Part shown: positions 42,736 through 44,563 of the stretch, piece by piece
Numbering within the stretch: position 1 is the first letter of the stretch
Layout of the letters: the number at the start of each line of letters is the position of its first letter
Virus record (IMG/VR): IMGVR_UViG_3300037424_001871
Location: 1-44,563 of that record
DNA length: 44,563 bases
Strand: one strand, 5' to 3'
Origin: a virus
Taxonomy: Duplodnaviria; Caudoviricetes
Notes under the pieces: generated by a model
What the model was told of the DNA's origin: nothing
The model's database searches: none
The model's input: only the letters and a program-made list of their open reading frames with translations
Translations under genes and position numbers: made by a program

Positions 42736-43153
42736 CGCTCGCAATCTCCGCGCCGTTGGCGACCAATCTCCGCCACAGCGTGTCAGGCAACAACGCACCA
42801 TGCCGAAGCCCGAGCAGGTGCGCGACCATCGAGGCGCAGAACAAGCCACCCTTGGGCTGCCACGGCCCCTTGTCGAAATCCGGCCGCTTGACGCGCAGCA
42901 CGCCGCATTCGTTCGCCAGCGGCGCCATCACGTTTTCAATCTCGGCGGCGGGGATCACCGCCAGCCGCAGCCGCGCCAGTTCCCACGAGGCATAGACCCA
43001 TGCGCTCGCCCCGGGGACGAAGCCGACGGCCGAGACGTGCTTCCAGCGGCCGGGGCAGATCGCCTCGACCCACCGCTTCGAGTGCGGGTGAAAGATCACC
43101 AGCCACTCGAACGGCTCGAACAACGCCAGCCGATCAGAACGGACGTCGGGCAC
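42659..43153 (-). CDS. Hypothetical protein, possible permuted papain-like fold
   Basis: WKHVSAV...FCASMVAHLLG...LPDTLW (His before Cys). Confidence 0.55.
   Translation of the reverse strand: MPDVRSDRLALFEPFEWLVIFHPHSKRWVEAICPGRWKHVSAVGFVPGASAWVYASWELARLRLAVIPAAEIENVMAPLANECGVLRVKRPDFDKGPWQPKGGLFCASMVAHLLGLRHGALLPDTLWRRLVANGAEIASDGRPVQPEGESARGDAGREERGGSG
42791..42799 (-). promoter_or_regulatory. GGTGCGTTG late-promoter motif (portal operon)
   Basis: Motif, 20 nt, GAGATT, upstream of ATG 42735. Confidence 0.55.
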
Positions 43154-44551
43154 CGATGAACCGCCTCTGGCCGCGGACCTGGGGCGCCCGGATCGGCGGC
43201 GCCATTCTTCCAGGCGGCCGGCCGACCATCGAGCGCCCCTCGCCCTCGCCCACCACGAGATATTGCAGCGCGTCGGCGGGATTCGAGTATTTGTCCTTCG
43301 CCGGCTTTTCCTCGTAGCCGCCGGCCATCGGCATCTTGCGGAAATGGTACTTACCGGCGAGCGCCACCTTCAGCGTCCGGCAATGCTCCGGGCAGAGCAG
43401 GATGCGCGGCGCGCCGTCGTGCATCGTCGTCAGGACGTAGTTGACTGCCCCCAGCCGCATCGTCAGGTCGTTGTCGCCGCACGGCGCCGCCACCACGCGC
43501 AGGCCGAACGAATCCATGATGTCGTAGCTAGTCCGGGTCGAGGACTGCGTCTTGTCGGCCCCCTTCGGGTCGCCCCAGATGCGGTAGTCGTACCCCGGAA
43601 ACCGGCTGTCCAGCTTCCGCTTGACCAGCGGCGCAAAGTCGGTCGAGTCGATGTCGAAGCCGAGCAGTTCGTCGAGAATGAACCAGCGGTTGGCGATCAG
43701 TTGCCCGAAGATCACGGCCGGCGACCGGCCAAAGTCCATGCCCAGGAGGATCGGGTAGCCGGGAACAGGCTTCAAAGGCGACCGGGCGACATGGGTCTCG
43801 ACGTTGAACGACGGCCACACCGGCTTGCCGTCGACCCACACCGAGATCCTGTTCATCAGGCGCGAATCGATCCACGCCTTGTCCTTGCCCCTGATCTGCC
43901 GCGCGTAATAATCCTGCTTCAGCCAGCGCAGGTTCTCTGCCTTCGGGTTGATCTTGTAGCCCGACACCGTCTTGCCGTCGGGGCCGAACATTTCGATCAG
44001 CGCCGGCGGCTGGACGAAGTACGCCCACTCCTTCGGCCACATAGGCCGATCGCCAGGCGCCGCATCCTCGGGATAGGGCACTTCGCGCGTCATCGGCAGC
44101 AGCCAGTGATCCTCGCCGGGCTCGTTCATGTCGCCCAGCACGCCAGACCACGTCGCCTGCGCGCCCTCGACCGGACCAGGGAAGCGACCCGTTCGCGAAA
44201 GAGCCTCGTCGAAAATCTCTTTCGCCGCGAACTGCAGCTCGTGGAAGCAGAATCCGGTGAACTGCGTCGACCGCAGCTTCCGAATGTCGTCCGGCCGATC
44301 GAGCGCCAGGAACCACACCTCGCAGCGCACGTCGCCCAGCGCCATGTTGTAGCGCATCGGCCGCGACAGTGTCATCGCGCCATAGTCAGCCTCCGGGAAA
44401 ATCCCAAGGAAGTCCTTCAGCGTCGACGACTGCAGCTCGGCATAGGTGTTGCGCACGAACGACCATCGCGTCCTGCGCAGTCCGTCCAGCGACGACGGAT
44501 CCTGCTCGCACGCAATCTGCCACAGCTTCAACATCATCGTGGCAGTCTTGC
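43134..44551 (-). CDS. terL: Terminase large subunit, main part
   Basis: VRNTYAEL, FHELQF (Walker B-like), DMNEP, nuclease GMDFG and SNPADALQY. Confidence 0.9.
44426..44551. repeat. Terminal direct repeat, copy 2
   Basis: Identical to 1-126. Confidence 0.95.
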
Positions 44552-44563
44552 GAGCAGGATCCG

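Noticed and set aside
21792-43159. Long antisense ORFs (e.g. 21792-23360, 24109-26055, 36827-38467, 41786-43159)
   Set aside because: Shadow frames of high-GC genes on the opposite strand, with no recognisable motifs.

Overview
The window is an apparently complete, GC-rich temperate phage genome of about 44,425 bp. Positions 1-126 are repeated at 44426-44551, so the contig is circular and cut inside terL. The head and tail genes look like those of a BPP-1/T7-type podovirus: portal, scaffold, capsid, cement, tail tubular A/B and internal ejection proteins. GapR (DUF2312) and YdaU (DUF1376) homologues point to an alphaproteobacterial host. Other modules are a lambdoid cro/cI switch with four 15-bp operators, a RecE-like/AAA recombination operon, an integrase whose attP copies the 5' half of tRNA-Gly(CCC), an accessory gene cluster and a lysis cassette. 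The most striking feature is at 8954-9736: a lone 198-aa RAMP/Cas7-like gene flanked on both sides by strictly 5-nt-periodic GGY-NN arrays (12 and 21 units), with no CRISPR array or cas1. It is a candidate minimal RNA-guided system whose guide information lies in the variable dinucleotides. Also notable are a 7-copy GGTGCGTTG late-promoter motif that appears to drive leaderless transcripts, an HslV-like Ntn protease between terS and terL, and accessory genes joined by repeated stop/SD junctions. All product calls come from motif recognition by eye; no database searches were run.
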